A DNA stretch of 64,000 bases from a virus. This document shows positions 1 to 10,773 of this stretch, piece after piece (position 1 is the stretch's first letter; the number at the start of each line of letters is the position of its first letter). The stretch lies in the IMG/VR virus record IMGVR_UViG_3300005805_000042. One strand, 5' to 3'. The position numbers and the translations under genes were made by a program. The notes under the pieces were generated by a model. That model ran no database searches. It was not told the DNA's origin and was given only the letters and a program-made list of their open reading frames with translations.

Positions 1-3000
1 TAAAGGATTCAACTGTGATTCTCTTAAATCAAAAGCATCACTTCTAAACATATAGTTTTTGTTTTCACTCTGCATGTCTAAGTAAGTCGAAGGTCTTTCG
101 GTGTAGAAACAAACCAGTTTTGGTCCTGAGTTTCTGTAATCTACATTCAAGAAGGTACCCCACATACTATTTGCGAAATCGCGTCCAGGTTCTATGTTCG
201 GTTGTGCGGTGGCAGATACTTCTTGTACATTGTAAAAATTTACAAATGCCGGCATTGGCATTACCGAGAAATGGTTTTCAGTGAGTATACCACTAATAAA
301 CACAAACACACTCATGTTGTAATTGAGATTGTCAGGGTTTACTAACTTCTGTAAATTAAAAATATCCAAGATAATCTTATCACCCACATTTCGTGAAGCC
401 CTATCTAAGAACAAAATGTCTTCGAACAAAGTTTGGTTTGTGAAATCAGAACCCGCAATCCATTTATCGTTAAGCGCTTTAAAAGTCTCGTATAACTCAA
501 CCTTACTTTGTTTAGAATCAAACTTAGATTGAATTGTTCTCTCAGGGAGTTCAGTAATATTTGGTAATTCTCTTCTTACCAAAGTCAAAGTATTATTTAG
601 TGCGGTGTTTTGAAAACTCAAATTTACCGACAGATAATTTTGAACTGATTGCGCAAAACTTGTGCTGGTAATCGATGGGTCGTCGAGTTTTTGTGTGGCA
701 TACATCTTAATCAACGGAGCTAAGAACTCAACATTTTGTTGGGTAAAAGCAATGTTGTTGTCAACAAAGAAATCCGTTAGGTATGACCCCCCATTTGTAT
801 ATTGTAATTCAGGAATCTGTGAGAACCCAACATTTTCCCTCAAAGCAATCCACGCCGAAGGATTGTCAATTTGCGACTGAATTAATGTTGTGGTACCCCC
901 CACGGTGGGCAAAGACCCGTTGACATAGGGTTGAAACGGGATGGGGTCAACAACAATGTTATTTCCTGTGATGTATGTCAGATAAGAATCGGTTTCTCTT
1001 CTTTTGTATTGCGTTGGGTTACCAATTCTAAGTGCAACATCAAATTCCATAAGATTTTGAATCTCACTAATTGACTTAGAGAATTGGTCATCGATAATTT
1101 TTTTGAATAGGTCTTCTTGGGAGGCAAATGTTACGGGTAGGGGAACACTCATTAGTTCTCTAAAGAGAAGTTGAAAGTTTCTATAGGATTCGTTTGTTGA
1201 GTTTCCTTGTGGGCTCACCCCCCTTGTAGATGCTGTTGATTCATCGATAATAAAGTCACCGTCTCCCACTTGTGTGTCAAAATTGAGAACTGACTGAGAA
1301 AACTTAAGATATTCCCTTTCGAATAGGTCGAGTGTCTGTTTTTCGAATGTCCCAAGTAAGTCATCTATTTTTGAGTAATTGTCAGAGACTAAAGTGCTTG
1401 TGGTGTTATTAATAAATCTAAATGGTGCAACATCCCCCAACAACGGAATTAAGTTTATGTATGCGTCATAGTCGGGTCTTTGAATATCGGTTGTGTCCAA
1501 ATATCCGTAGTTTGGCATCTTCCAAAAAGTTCTTACCGAACCATTATACAGGGAAGGGTTGTTAATTAAATCCTCGGTCAACACACCCGCTTGATTGAAT
1601 GCCACCTCACGAAACTGATTTTGGTTGGTACCAAAGGAAGGAAGAACATAATAATTTGTTTTAGGTGTAGAGGGTGGGGTGTTACAAACCAACTGATTTG
1701 GATTAGAAGGTTCTACCGTATCAGGAATAATGGAACTATATGTGTTGAGGTTTACTATTCTATCTAACCCTGTTGTATCAACTGTTGAAACAAAGATATT
1801 TGACTCCGATAGGTTTTGTACTTTGAAACCTTGAGCTAAAGACTGATTGATTTCACTATCGCTATAGTTAGTCCAAAGGTCTACACCATTTAGGAAGTAG
1901 TTAAAATCATTAATTGTCTTGGGGTAAAATCCAATTTGAAGTTCATCATACTGCGTTGTACCATCAAATTCAGTCTCTTGAAGGGTGATAGTACCCACCC
2001 CATTAAGGGTGTAACTGGTGGTTGTTGAACCACTAACGGGGTCATAGTTGTTAATGTAATCAAAGTCAGTCCATATGGGACTCAAAATATCCTGTCCTGT
2101 CTGAATAAACTCCTTGTATCTGTGCCAAATGGAACCATACTTTAAAATCCAAACATATGGTAGTCGGTGTACCGCACCGAACTTCTTCATACTCGCAAAT
2201 ATAAAGTCAAGTGGGAGTCCCGAATCTAAAGTCTTGTATCTCTCTTTAAGGGTCGCCAAGGGCAATGAATTTAGAAAAAGATATGCGGCTTGTTTGTAAG
2301 GAGCGGTCACACTGTTCTTTTGATTTTGAACACCATACTGAATAGCGTTGATAAAATATGGCGTGTTCAACATCGAAGTTGTTGTACGACCAATTGTTCC
2401 TAATTGATTTGGAACAAACCCTTCCGTTGGTAAGAGTTCCGATGCCCCTCTCCCTAAGAAAAACTCTGCCAGTCCGTCTCTCAAATTGGGGGATTCAACT
2501 TCCAAGTAAGAAAAAGTTGTTACTGGTCTAACAGAAGTCTTGTCCAAAGCATCTTCGAAGTTGGTAATCAAGTTTTTCGGACCGTATACCTTGTATGTTC
2601 TTGTGGTGTTAAACACACGATTATAATCACCAGTGAACAAGTAGTTGTTTAGATAAGTTGCGTTCCACAGAGTGTCTGTAAAGGGGTATGTGTCAGTTAT
2701 TTGAGGTAGATTGGTATTGGTAGTTGAGAGAAGTTGTTCAAGATACTGAATCTGTGGTAATGAAAAGTTTTGAGTTTGAACAGATGTTGATAAACTATTC
2801 ATCGATAAAATCGACGAGCTGTTGTTTATCTCATCTCTTAAGTATCCTGTAATGTAAAAATCACGAACAAAATTGTTCCAATCCCTACCTGTTCCATCAT
2901 TGGATATGGTAGATAGGAATTCTACATAATTGTTAGCGGTAAGTGGAAAGTTTTTTAATTTTAAAATGATATAGGGAGCACTAATCCCCAAACTTGAGAC

Positions 3001-5373
3001 AATATTGTTGGATTCTACATTCGAAACAAGTTCTGAGACACCAGTTTCCAACGGTGTCCCAACCACTCTTGCCAATCCCGTATATCTTGGATATATGAAA
3101 CTTCTCTCGTAAATCTCATAGAAGAATCTTACTTCTTCTTTGTTGAGGTACGCAAAGTTTACATACGGGAACTCAAGAGCATTGATGTTTAATACCGAAG
3201 TCACCTGCCCACTATTCTCCAAAGGAGGTTGAGTAATTGACGGTTGGAACTTCTGAGCAACCCCCTTGAGGTATTCTTCAACAAATTCAACCTCAGGCCA
3301 CTTGTCGTACAGATACCCCTTTGTAAGATTTACAATCGATGGGTCACCAGGATACGCCAATTCGTACCTGTTTTTCTGTGGGTTAAAGTTCCCACCAGCA
3401 ACACCGGTACCAGTAATATTATTTTCAATAAAAACCTGTGGCCATGGGTAGACAGGTTCTTCAGAGCTTCGTGCCGCATCGGATGCGTTAGCGGCATACT
3501 GAACATTTCTACCCGTGTCGGAATTGGGAACCGTAGTTGAATTATTAAACACAACACTTCTTCTAACAGGGTCCGTTCTAACATCCCACGACTTTCTATG
3601 AACCTCATCCATTAATCTAATAAATGCTTCGGTGGACGCAAACATAACCGCCATCACATTTCTTACCGTAGGAACAAAACCTAATCCGTTTGTAGAGGCA
3701 ATTGTCTCAGCTAGTTTTGCACTTATTTCAGTCTCGAGATTCGAGACCTTTTTGTCCAAGTCAGCTTGCATGGTTCTAATTAAAGTATCAAACCTACCAG
3801 GTCCTTCAAAAATGAAAAAAGGTTTTTTAACCTCTTTAATACCCTGAGGAGTTATTTCTACGGTGACATTAAATTGATTTTTTAAAAGTTGTACAAAAAA
3901 GTCCGCAGTCTGTCCTGATGTAGGATTAACAATCCCTGTCTGTTGTCTTAGTGTCCGAATAACATCGACTTGGCTTGGGTCAATTGTTGCAATAAAAGTT
4001 TTTTGAGTGATAGAGTTATCAATCTTTAAATTTTTTACTCCTCTTGTCTCACCAAAGGTTCTGTTTTCATTTAATCTTAAATTAAATGAATCAACCTCAG
4101 CCTTTAGTTCAGTTAAACCTTGTTCTCTTTCTTGGGGACCTAACTCTGTTTTAAAACCAAAAACAATTGTCTCGTCCTTTAGAACATACGGATTTGGATT
4201 GATGTATTTTGTAAACCATGAATTTTTATCACCCCTTAACTTTTTGAAGTATTCATCCAAGTATTTTCCATAAGAAGTTGCATCGGTTAAAGGTTGTAAA
4301 TCCGCCTTACCCTTAAACTCATCTAACAAATCTTGTTCGAGGTGTTGAAGTTTGTACGCCATCTCCGCAACGGTGATTTCAGGGAAATCAAGAGGAATCA
4401 ACCCCTTAGCCTTATACTCCCCGTACATCTCCTTAATTTTTTGCATCCCCCTCTCAGAAATGGACTCAATACTCGTTTGAGTACTCGACACCGTCGCATC
4501 TCCCGTTAAGTTACCCTCAGACAACGCTTGGTTGATAACACTCCTATCTTGAAGACCAACATCAGTTTGTGTGATGTTAAAAGTCTTACTATACATGTGA
4601 GGTGTCGCAATCAAATGTCCTAAGGAAATTTCATTGAGGATATTGTATTTATATCCGTAAAACTGACAGGTGATTTGGTAGTTACCACTAAAGGTGTTAA
4701 ACCTCGCATCAAACTTGTGAAGATTTAATTGATATCTAATGGCTTGTCCGTACCATCCCTTCATTGTCAGGTAAAAGGGGGGATAAGGTAAATTAAAAAA
4801 CGCAGCATAAGGTGATTGGTCACCCGATTCAAATAACGCTTTACCCTGTATGTCTTCGAGTTCTATCGTTACTTCAGGGATAAATGACATAGTGGTTCTT
4901 ACTTGAATACTAGTAATACCAAGTAAACCTGGGTCTATTACTCTACCTCTGTTGTCCGTTGCAGTGAATTGTTTGTAAAACTTTTGTCCATTTTGGTCGT
5001 TACTAACAACTGTTTCATATCTCTGAAGTCTTGCCTTACCTTGATTCGAGTTTTGTCCCGTTAGGTCGTCATAGTAACCAGTATTGAGAAACTCATCATC
5101 ATTTGGTTTAAGAAAGTTAATTGAGGCGATAGAAATTGTTCTAAGGTTGTCTTGGGGGGTACCTCCGATGGCAAGTTTTGTTCTTGGCAGAACTTGTGCT
5201 TCCAAGTTAGCGTACATAACTAAATTTTCGTGGTCAACAAGTCTTTCCTCAATAATGTTTTTTCCACCATTACCGATTCGTGAGGTTTTGTTGGGGTCTA
5301 CTAATATTATGTTATTGTAATCTGCCTCAACAAATATGTTCCCCGAGTTGTCCCCGAATACATTACCTGCCAT
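1..5373 (-). CDS. Very large virion protein, probable baseplate hub-like; partial, runs off the left edge (>1790 aa)
   Basis: Not in the ORF track because no stop lies in the window. ATG at 5373-5371 reads MAGNVFGDNSGNIFVEADYNNIILVDPNK...LLGITSIQVRTTMSFIPEVTIELEDIQGKALFE...PYPPFYLTMKGWYG. The frame was spot-checked as open at 4561-4620, 901-960 and 1-42. It lies in the baseplate operon. Confidence 0.75.
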   Translation of the reverse strand, partial: MAGNVFGDNSGNIFVEADYNNIILVDPNKTSRIGNGGKNIIEERLVDHENLVMYANLEAQVLPRTKLAIGGTPQDNLRTISIASINFLKPNDDEFLNTGYYDDLTGQNSNQGKARLQRYETVVSNDQNGQKFYKQFTATDNRGRVIDPGLLGITSIQVRTTMSFIPEVTIELEDIQGKALFESGDQSPYAAFFNLPYPPFYLTMKGWYGQAIRYQLNLHKFDARFNTFSGNYQITCQFYGYKYNILNEISLGHLIATPHMYSKTFNITQTDVGLQDRSVINQALSEGNLTGDATVSSTQTSIESISERGMQKIKEMYGEYKAKGLIPLDFPEITVAEMAYKLQHLEQDLLDEFKGKADLQPLTDATSYGKYLDEYFKKLRGDKNSWFTKYINPNPYVLKDETIVFGFKTELGPQEREQGLTELKAEVDSFNLRLNENRTFGETRGVKNLKIDNSITQKTFIATIDPSQVDVIRTLRQQTGIVNPTSGQTADFFVQLLKNQFNVTVEITPQGIKEVKKPFFIFEGPGRFDTLIRTMQADLDKKVSNLETEISAKLAETIASTNGLGFVPTVRNVMAVMFASTEAFIRLMDEVHRKSWDVRTDPVRRSVVFNNSTTVPNSDTGRNVQYAANASDAARSSEEPVYPWPQVFIENNITGTGVAGGNFNPQKNRYELAYPGDPSIVNLTKGYLYDKWPEVEFVEEYLKGVAQKFQPSITQPPLENSGQVTSVLNINALEFPYVNFAYLNKEEVRFFYEIYERSFIYPRYTGLARVVGTPLETGVSELVSNVESNNIVSSLGISAPYIILKLKNFPLTANNYVEFLSTISNDGTGRDWNNFVRDFYITGYLRDEINNSSSILSMNSLSTSVQTQNFSLPQIQYLEQLLSTTNTNLPQITDTYPFTDTLWNATYLNNYLFTGDYNRVFNTTRTYKVYGPKNLITNFEDALDKTSVRPVTTFSYLEVESPNLRDGLAEFFLGRGASELLPTEGFVPNQLGTIGRTTTSMLNTPYFINAIQYGVQNQKNSVTAPYKQAAYLFLNSLPLATLKERYKTLDSGLPLDFIFASMKKFGAVHRLPYVWILKYGSIWHRYKEFIQTGQDILSPIWTDFDYINNYDPVSGSTTTSYTLNGVGTITLQETEFDGTTQYDELQIGFYPKTINDFNYFLNGVDLWTNYSDSEINQSLAQGFKVQNLSESNIFVSTVDTTGLDRIVNLNTYSSIIPDTVEPSNPNQLVCNTPPSTPKTNYYVLPSFGTNQNQFREVAFNQAGVLTEDLINNPSLYNGSVRTFWKMPNYGYLDTTDIQRPDYDAYINLIPLLGDVAPFRFINNTTSTLVSDNYSKIDDLLGTFEKQTLDLFEREYLKFSQSVLNFDTQVGDGDFIIDESTASTRGVSPQGNSTNESYRNFQLLFRELMSVPLPVTFASQEDLFKKIIDDQFSKSISEIQNLMEFDVALRIGNPTQYKRRETDSYLTYITGNNIVVDPIPFQPYVNGSLPTVGGTTTLIQSQIDNPSAWIALRENVGFSQIPELQYTNGGSYLTDFFVDNNIAFTQQNVEFLAPLIKMYATQKLDDPSITSTSFAQSVQNYLSVNLSFQNTALNNTLTLVRRELPNITELPERTIQSKFDSKQSKVELYETFKALNDKWIAGSDFTNQTLFEDILFLDRASRNVGDKIILDIFNLQKLVNPDNLNYNMSVFVFISGILTENHFSVMPMPAFVNFYNVQEVSATAQPNIEPGRDFANSMWGTFLNVDYRNSGPKLVCFYTERPSTYLDMQSENKNYMFRSDAFDLRESQLNPL

Positions 5374-5686
5374 AATAATAGAAATAGTTTTCCACAGTCA
5401 ATTTATAGTCCTGAAGAGAAGTTATTAAAGGATATGGAATATTCAAGACAGCGCCATCGTATATGTTATTTTCCAATCCACCAAATTCAGGATTAGCTTG
5501 AAGAATTAACCAAGAAAAAAATGGTGTACCATAATATTCTTGAGATACCGTGTCCAATCTACTTCTTCCGACTTTGTAAATAAAAATTTTGTCTGAAGGT
5601 TTTGGTGCAAGTGGAACAAACGGAACAATGGTGGTTTGTCCGTTTATTTCAAAGGGGGTATATCGATTATAATAATTAAATGCCAT
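5363..5686 (-). CDS. Small baseplate protein, LysM-like / T4 gp53 / tail-X-like (107 aa)
   Basis: Start moved to MAFNYY (ATG overlapping the upstream TAA as TAATG). The segment SRLDTVSQEYYGTPFFSWLILQANP...GAVLNIP fits the LysM-like wedge proteins of contractile tails. Confidence 0.65.
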   Translation of the reverse strand: MAFNYYNRYTPFEINGQTTIVPFVPLAPKPSDKIFIYKVGRSRLDTVSQEYYGTPFFSWLILQANPEFGGLENNIYDGAVLNIPYPLITSLQDYKLTVENYFYYYGR

Positions 5687-8600
5687 TATAATAATTGTGC
5701 CTTTCCAATTATAACATTTGCACCAACTGAAGTGGTCCAAGATGTTGTATTGGAGTCAATGTTATTTTTATTACCCAAGTTTTTAATTAATTGTATTTGT
5801 TCAGCTGTTGGTTGTAAAATGGTTTCGTAGGTAAATACCCTTTCTTTGTTAAGATTAAATGGCGTAAAGTTCAAATATTCCCTCAAAGCATTTGTTTGGA
5901 AATCTGTTAAGAAGGTATTTGTTGCTGCGTTCTCCGATAGATATGCAGGTCTTGCCACACCCTTCCAATAGTTATCGAATGATTGTTCAACTTGAACAAA
6001 AGTGACATTACCCAACACCCCTTGGTTATCTCTTAAATTACCGATAATAGATTCCTTGAAAGTGTTGTAACGATTTTCATCTAATATTTGTTGTGACAAA
6101 ATAAAGTATTCCCTTCTATTTGCCTCACTATCCCAAAACACATCATCAGTGAATGGTTCAAATACTTGTGATTTAACAGCATCTTGGTCAGGAAGGTCCG
6201 TCGTAAAATATCCTGTGTAAACTTTACCACTTACATTTGCAGTATACTGACTTTCAATTACATTATTAAATTCGGTAAGTGCCGAAGCAACCACTCCAAT
6301 ATCTTGAATAAGTTCTTCAAGAGTATTTGTCACCCCTGCAGAGGAAGCTGATATTGCCGATGTTCCTGAGATGTTTATAACAACGGCATTACCCTTTGTG
6401 GTTTGAAATCCGTCCATACCTAAGGTTGGGTCACTATCGAAATATGGAATTACATTCGCCCTTGAAAGTGTTTGAATATATGATGTTTGAGTATCAACTA
6501 AGTTTTGAAGAATTGTTGTTGCCCCGTTTTGGAAATCACCTCTGAAGTTAGCTACATAATCTTTGTAATTATTTTTTATTGCTCTTATAGTTTTATTCGA
6601 AAATATTCTAACATCATCAACTAAATATTTTATAAATCCATCTTGGTCATTAGTAATGTCCGAGGTAAATGACTCAAAAACACTATTAACATCACTTTCA
6701 AATTTTGATGGTTTACCAAACAATGGTACATCATATCCAGCACCAGTTACCAACATTTCGCCATCAGTGTATCTTCTTGAAAAACTAAATTGTTGCCTCA
6801 CGGCGTTGTTATATTGTAAATTTAAATCTCTTATCTTATTGTTAACGGTGGTAAAATAGGTTTGCGTTTGACCCACTAACAGAGTCATAAAGTCTTGGTA
6901 AGCAATCGTACCTATATCACCATTAGGGGTATTTGTAGTGGTCAAAATACGACCAATCGTTTCTAAATTACTACTAGGTTGTGTAGATTGAACTTGGTTT
7001 AATGTTGGTGGTGGTACCTTAAGATTAAGTTGTTGAATGAACTCTTGGTCTAATACTTTGTAACTATCGTCTGTTGCATCCGCCCTATCGTCGTATATTT
7101 CAGTGTTCGCATAGAAGTTGAACGACAACGCATTTTGAAGTTTGTCTACCGATTCTTTTAAACCTTGACCACCAACAAATTGAAATGAAAGTGTTACATT
7201 AGCAATCATCGGTTGAACACCAATCCCTTCAGGATTTAAATCTAAATCTTCATAAGTAATCGATAAGTTTTCTGGTATAATCTTAGAATGAAAAAAGTCA
7301 CCAACTCTCAATACTAATACGGGAGGTGCTCCGAAGGCTGTGTTCACCGCATTATTATACTGAAGACTGGTTCCACCTTGTTTGTCAGTTTTTACAGTTG
7401 GAATTGTGTCTCCAGGTCTCATACACTGTTGAAGGAATGTCAATCTTGAATTGAGACCTTCAGGTGTTATAGAGTGGAATGCAGGATGAAAGAACTTTAG
7501 TTTTTCTTTTAAACTGTCATAGACCATTGGGGTTTGTTCTTTGATTACTTCAAAGTAATCACACTCAGATAATAAACTACGAAGAACTCTTTTAGTGATG
7601 TTGTCTCTAAAAACAGTTTCTTCAACCACTTGTGTGACAGGTGGTTTCGGTCTTCTTTGTTCAATGATTTGTTCATCATAGAATGGAATTTCTTCAGGAA
7701 CATCAATATCAGTAGTAGGTGGAACTTGTTTGAACTCAATGTTTGTAATTGCCGTTCTACGACAAGCCATCGCATTTACACTATAAACTTGTGATGTTCT
7801 TGAAAGAGAATCTTGACCAGTACATTGATAAGTACCAAAAGCACGACCGTCCAAACCAACAGGTTTCACATCTTTGGCTAATTCTCCTTGTGTAATTTGA
7901 GTGATAGTTAATCTTTTAGGGGAAGTTTCCATAAACTTTTTTAATTGACCAATACTTTCAATATATTTGATTGCGGAAACCATTCTTCTTTGTGAAAGAA
8001 GTTCGTTGTATGGCACTGTTTGAGGGTTAGAGGCACTACTCTCTAAAACTAAATGACATGTTGCCGTCTCATCGTTTTCTAAATCCTTACTAAGTTGGAT
8101 TAACATTTCCTCAATAGCGCTTTTATTTCCCTCAACAACTTGAGTGAAAAATTCTGAAACTTGAGTTTGTTCATTTATTTTTGAACTCTCAACTGAATAT
8201 ATTTCTTTGTTTGCAGAACTAGTATAAGTACCATAATAAACCTCATAATTATTTACCTCTATATTTGGTTTAGGTATGTCATTTTCAAAATACAAACCAT
8301 AATTCTGAAGTTTTAAATAATCAAACCCTGATGTAGTGAAACTTGATTGAGAACCTGATGGACTATATCCTCCACCAGCAGTTCCACCGGCACTAGTGTC
8401 AAATCCCCCACTTTGAACACTTCTTACATAGTACTCCACATCCTCCCCTGAAACATTTTTTGTTTCTAATCTTTGTTGAATCTCAAAAATATCACTTGGG
8501 TTCACCGTGTAATACTTTCTTGCTAGTTCATACAAATCATATTTTCTACAACCGGCAAAAAATGAATCTAATATTTCATCAGCCCTTTGACTTAAGTTTG

Positions 8601-10743
8601 TGTCGTTTAATACTCTATTAACCAACATGTTCATAACAGAAGGGTGGTCAACCACAATTTTCCATTGTAGGGAACCTGACCTTGAACTATTCGCATAAGT
8701 AAAAACTGGTTCAGGTCTACCAATAAAATCGGTCTGTTTAAAACTGGCACGGGTAGATTCGTTGAAAGTCAATCCATATGGTGGAAACCACATTACCCGT
8801 CCACCATTGGGACCCCTTTCACAAACCGGTAAATCAGAATAAGTCAAACCAGGTCTATTTGAGGTTCTCCAAGCAAGGTTTTCCAATGAGAACATATATT
8901 TTTTAGCATATCCATTAGGTCCGCCAATGATATTGGTTGAATCTTGTCCACCTTCTCTTTTGTTAGGTGCGATGTTTAAGTTGTAGGTCTTATCAAAAAT
9001 AGAATAAGAAAATCTTCTACCTTCGGTTGTTATACCATCTTGTTTTTGTAAGTCATTGTACTGAAGATATGGTGTATCTTTTTGAAATATTCTACAGTAT
9101 TCTGCCCCTACTTCAGCACCAATAGCACCAATATATCTTTTTACTCTTGAACCTTTTGTAATTTCTTTGTATCCGTCATTAAATACTTTTGATACTTGGT
9201 CTATAGCATTTCCCGCATGTTGTAGTCTTCTACCTCCTCTTGGTTGGGAATCAATAATTCTTTGAGTATCGTCCAAAATAGAACCTTGTCTGAATTCAAA
9301 TTCAGTTGATTCCGTAGCCTGATATGCCGAGGGTCTAAAATCAGGGTCCTCAGCAATAATTTCCCCACCAATACCAACAAATTTACCGGCATTACCCTTA
9401 AACTTAGGTGACACCCAAGTAAATCCACCCACGACATCACCACCACTACTATATGTTGGTCCGTTAGCACCCAAGTTAAGTGCTTGACCTGGTCCTTCAT
9501 ATAGTTGAGCCAGCTCTTGTGGTCCATAAACAGGAGATTGGATTTCTCTACCGAATCTGTCAACCGGAACATCACCCGAGGGTGAAAATACTTGTGAAGG
9601 TTCACTTTTAACACTACCAACATAGTATTCACCATTGTTGGTATTTCTACCCTGAAGTGCTCCGGCAACCCTATCAAAAATAGGTCTATCGTAACCTGGT
9701 TTGTAAAGGTTGAAATCTAAGTTTTTGAATAACTGAGACCTTTGACCGCCACCAGTATTTTCCAAAAGTAATATTGACCCTCTTAGATTTGATTGTGAAT
9801 TTAATCTAGCGAAGAATCTTCCAAGTCCTGCCGCCGCATTTGCACCAAGAAAAGCTGAGGCTAATTGTTGACCTGTTGTTGGTATACCACTATTGATTTG
9901 TGGGTCAAAGTAATTTCCAGGAATAACAGAAAATGGAGCATATGCACCCGAGATTCTATTCAACAGACCAGCTGCTGCTCCAACAATTGTTGAACCTTCG
10001 GTTATTGTGAAGTTTGGTTCTAAAAGGGGTACTCTTCCATTGATAAATGCTAAGATGTCCTCCCCCCCGTTCACATTAAGGAAATTTGCCCTCCCTATGG
10101 TGTTTCTCCTAATCTCACGACCAATGTTGTATTCAATTTGCCTCCTAAGATTTGTTGCTCCGAGCTTCGCTAAAAAAGAGTCACTCGATAAAGGACCATT
10201 TGAACCCTGTGGGTCGGGGTTCAACATTATACCTATTGTAGGATAAGAAGATGCATTAAAATTTGGGTATGGTTGTGCATTAGTTGTGCGACCGTTGTTT
10301 TGAGTCAATATTTCTATTGAACCAAAAAACTGTGCAGAATCTAATAGTTGGTCCGTACTCGCATACGCATTGAGGGGTTTCCATGCTGGTGCAATACCAG
10401 GAAATCCAATTTGTGCGGCAGTAAATCCTTCGTCAATGATATTAGCGTCTTGAAAACCATACTCACCCTCATTTGAGTTGGTGTTATTTAACGCCCCAAT
10501 AAAAGGAACTTGTTTATACCCACCCTCGGCACCATATTGGTTCAAAGGGTATAGTAAATTTGCAAGAATAGGGGTGTCGATTAAATTATCATCGGTATCG
10601 ACCGGTGATAAATCTCGTTGTATGGTCTCGTAGTTATAGGGGGGACTAGGAAATTTAGGAGACTTCTGATAAGGTTTTAAATTCCTTACTACAAGTTTCT
10701 TCCTAAAACCCTCTGAACTTGGAAAATCAAGTGGACTACCCAT
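5686..10743 (-). CDS. Large baseplate / tail-tube-initiator-like protein with internal OmpA-like domain (1685 aa)
   Basis: Tube-initiator-like motifs WFPPYGLTFNE...DFIGRPEPVFTY..SSRSGSLQWKIVVDHP and PPVLVLRVGDF...NVTLSFQFVG flank LYFEND...SSAS...YNELLSQRR...ACRR. It lies immediately downstream of the tape measure candidate. Confidence 0.6.
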   Translation of the reverse strand: MGSPLDFPSSEGFRKKLVVRNLKPYQKSPKFPSPPYNYETIQRDLSPVDTDDNLIDTPILANLLYPLNQYGAEGGYKQVPFIGALNNTNSNEGEYGFQDANIIDEGFTAAQIGFPGIAPAWKPLNAYASTDQLLDSAQFFGSIEILTQNNGRTTNAQPYPNFNASSYPTIGIMLNPDPQGSNGPLSSDSFLAKLGATNLRRQIEYNIGREIRRNTIGRANFLNVNGGEDILAFINGRVPLLEPNFTITEGSTIVGAAAGLLNRISGAYAPFSVIPGNYFDPQINSGIPTTGQQLASAFLGANAAAGLGRFFARLNSQSNLRGSILLLENTGGGQRSQLFKNLDFNLYKPGYDRPIFDRVAGALQGRNTNNGEYYVGSVKSEPSQVFSPSGDVPVDRFGREIQSPVYGPQELAQLYEGPGQALNLGANGPTYSSGGDVVGGFTWVSPKFKGNAGKFVGIGGEIIAEDPDFRPSAYQATESTEFEFRQGSILDDTQRIIDSQPRGGRRLQHAGNAIDQVSKVFNDGYKEITKGSRVKRYIGAIGAEVGAEYCRIFQKDTPYLQYNDLQKQDGITTEGRRFSYSIFDKTYNLNIAPNKREGGQDSTNIIGGPNGYAKKYMFSLENLAWRTSNRPGLTYSDLPVCERGPNGGRVMWFPPYGLTFNESTRASFKQTDFIGRPEPVFTYANSSRSGSLQWKIVVDHPSVMNMLVNRVLNDTNLSQRADEILDSFFAGCRKYDLYELARKYYTVNPSDIFEIQQRLETKNVSGEDVEYYVRSVQSGGFDTSAGGTAGGGYSPSGSQSSFTTSGFDYLKLQNYGLYFENDIPKPNIEVNNYEVYYGTYTSSANKEIYSVESSKINEQTQVSEFFTQVVEGNKSAIEEMLIQLSKDLENDETATCHLVLESSASNPQTVPYNELLSQRRMVSAIKYIESIGQLKKFMETSPKRLTITQITQGELAKDVKPVGLDGRAFGTYQCTGQDSLSRTSQVYSVNAMACRRTAITNIEFKQVPPTTDIDVPEEIPFYDEQIIEQRRPKPPVTQVVEETVFRDNITKRVLRSLLSECDYFEVIKEQTPMVYDSLKEKLKFFHPAFHSITPEGLNSRLTFLQQCMRPGDTIPTVKTDKQGGTSLQYNNAVNTAFGAPPVLVLRVGDFFHSKIIPENLSITYEDLDLNPEGIGVQPMIANVTLSFQFVGGQGLKESVDKLQNALSFNFYANTEIYDDRADATDDSYKVLDQEFIQQLNLKVPPPTLNQVQSTQPSSNLETIGRILTTTNTPNGDIGTIAYQDFMTLLVGQTQTYFTTVNNKIRDLNLQYNNAVRQQFSFSRRYTDGEMLVTGAGYDVPLFGKPSKFESDVNSVFESFTSDITNDQDGFIKYLVDDVRIFSNKTIRAIKNNYKDYVANFRGDFQNGATTILQNLVDTQTSYIQTLSRANVIPYFDSDPTLGMDGFQTTKGNAVVINISGTSAISASSAGVTNTLEELIQDIGVVASALTEFNNVIESQYTANVSGKVYTGYFTTDLPDQDAVKSQVFEPFTDDVFWDSEANRREYFILSQQILDENRYNTFKESIIGNLRDNQGVLGNVTFVQVEQSFDNYWKGVARPAYLSENAATNTFLTDFQTNALREYLNFTPFNLNKERVFTYETILQPTAEQIQLIKNLGNKNNIDSNTTSWTTSVGANVIIGKAQLL

Positions 10744-10773
10744 TTATTGTTTTATTTATAAATAGGTTTTTAA

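Noticed and set aside
323-5320. Short track ORFs in 0.3-5.3 kb
   Set aside because: All overlap the single long minus-strand ORF ending off-window and show no recognisable motifs
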